From positions 1 to 26,284 of IMG/VR virus record IMGVR_UViG_3300037470_000610: a stretch of 26,284 nt of DNA. One strand, 5' to 3'. The notes below the pieces were generated by a model, which was not told the DNA's origin, ran no database searches, and saw nothing but the letters and a program-made list of their open reading frames with translations. Position 1 is the first letter of the stretch; each line of letters opens with the position of its first letter. This document shows positions 25,393 to 26,284 of this stretch, piece by piece. The DNA comes from a virus. Its lineage: Duplodnaviria > Caudoviricetes. The position numbers and the translations under genes are program-made.

Positions 25393-25697
25393 CTTACGAT
25401 TTCATGGGCGCGACGAATCCCGAAGTACATAGTCCCCGACGTGCGAACAGAGGATGAGGATTTGTCCAGCGTGTACACGGTTCGGAAAAGCTCCGGCGAG
25501 TCCGTGCTGCCCCCCAGCAGGCTCGCTTCAGCGAGGTCTAGAGCGTCCAAGAACCGTTTCGCATCCTTCCGTAGCTGTAGAAGTCCGTTCGCGTAGCGTT
25601 GACGCTGCCCGGCGTCTGCTCGCCTCGGCCCCGCCAGCGCTTCGCCGCCCCCCGCTTCCGGCTTCCGGTCCTTCGGCGTCTTATTCGGTTTCGCCAT
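25389..25697 (-). CDS. Hypothetical protein (102 aa)
   Basis: GGAGG RBS. Overlaps the upstream gene, and its TGA overlaps the MTase-fragment ATG. Confidence 0.6.
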   Translation of the reverse strand: MAKPNKTPKDRKPEAGGGEALAGPRRADAGQRQRYANGLLQLRKDAKRFLDALDLAEASLLGGSTDSPELFRTVYTLDKSSSSVRTSGTMYFGIRRAHEIVR

Positions 25698-26283
25698 CGA
25701 ATACCTCCAGAATCGTTTCCCAGCGTCGTTCCTCGGAAGCCTTCAGCACCTCTAACCCCAGCGCCTGCATGGCCTCCCGCTCCTCCCGTTCCCGCTCCCA
25801 TTCCTCCTGGGCAAGTTTCGCGTACTTACGGCGTTCCGATTTCGGCGCATCGTTCGCGCCCCAGTTCGCCCTTCGCGCTAGTTCATTCCGCGTCTCACCA
25901 GCCCGCGATTGAGCCGCTCTGGCGGCGTCTAGCTGGCGCAGCAGCCTCCATCCCGCCTCCTCGCTCTCTGTCCCGCCCTCGCTTCCCTCCAGCCGTCGCC
26001 ACTCACTCGGATCGACGGGAACGAGGTAGTAGGCGCGGCAAGGCGGTTGGCGGACCTGAACCGGCGTTCCCACCTTCGTGAACCCGTCTAGCGGGTTGTA
26101 GACGATTTTCGTTCCCTGGTACACGCAAGCAGCCCAACGACCGTCCCTGGAATGCGCTCCAATCCAGTACAACGAAAATAGCTGCTGGATTTCTTTCCAC
26201 GCACCCCCGAGTTCCGAAATGTTCATCCCCCAGCCGCGCGCCCGTAGCCAACTGACGAACGGCTGCCCCGCCGCGTATCGTAC
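25681..26283 (-). CDS. Hypothetical protein with C-terminal charged coiled coil, possibly 5'-truncated by the window edge
   Basis: The ORF track starts at ATG 26226, but the frame stays open to the window end (VRYAAGQPFVSWLRARGWGM...). Confidence 0.6.
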   Translation of the reverse strand, partial: VRYAAGQPFVSWLRARGWGMNISELGGAWKEIQQLFSLYWIGAHSRDGRWAACVYQGTKIVYNPLDGFTKVGTPVQVRQPPCRAYYLVPVDPSEWRRLEGSEGGTESEEAGWRLLRQLDAARAAQSRAGETRNELARRANWGANDAPKSERRKYAKLAQEEWEREREEREAMQALGLEVLKASEERRWETILEVFDGETE

Positions 26284-26284
26284 A

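Larger units (their letters stand above)
1..26284 (-). mobile_element. Siphovirus-type phage/prophage segment (packaging, head, tail, putative lysis modules)
   Basis: Canonical co-oriented order terS-terL-portal-MuF-scaffold-MCP-connectors-tail tube-chaperone-TMP-tail tip, with many ATGA-type overlaps. No host housekeeping genes, integrase or att site in the window. Confidence 0.97.

Overview
This window is one continuous piece of a tailed (siphovirus-type) phage or prophage, about 60% GC by eye, with essentially all real genes on the minus strand. Read right to left, it starts with two hypothetical genes and a truncated adenine/N4-cytosine DNA methyltransferase. Next is a ~1.45 kb non-coding region with direct and inverted repeats and a terminator. 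The complete virion operon follows: terS, terL, SPP1-type portal, MuF minor head protein, scaffold, major capsid, head-tail connectors, tail terminator, tail tube, tail chaperone with a -1 frameshift, 1221-aa tape measure, an RcGTA-like tail tip (DUF2460 / DUF2163-BR0599 / NlpC-P60 / Phage-tail_3) and two DUF2793-like paralogs. It ends with holin-like membrane proteins and a pentapeptide-repeat protein. Two things stand out. (1) A TagF-like GT-B phosphotransferase/glycosyltransferase and a SAM methyltransferase are wedged between the capsid and head-tail adaptor genes, a candidate virion-decoration system. (2) The non-coding region upstream of terS is highly structured, with an 11-bp-period array, iteron-like 23-mers inside nested inverted repeats and further long inverted repeats. 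Family assignments come from motif recognition by eye and gene order, not from database searches. The host and integrated-versus-free state cannot be determined from this window.
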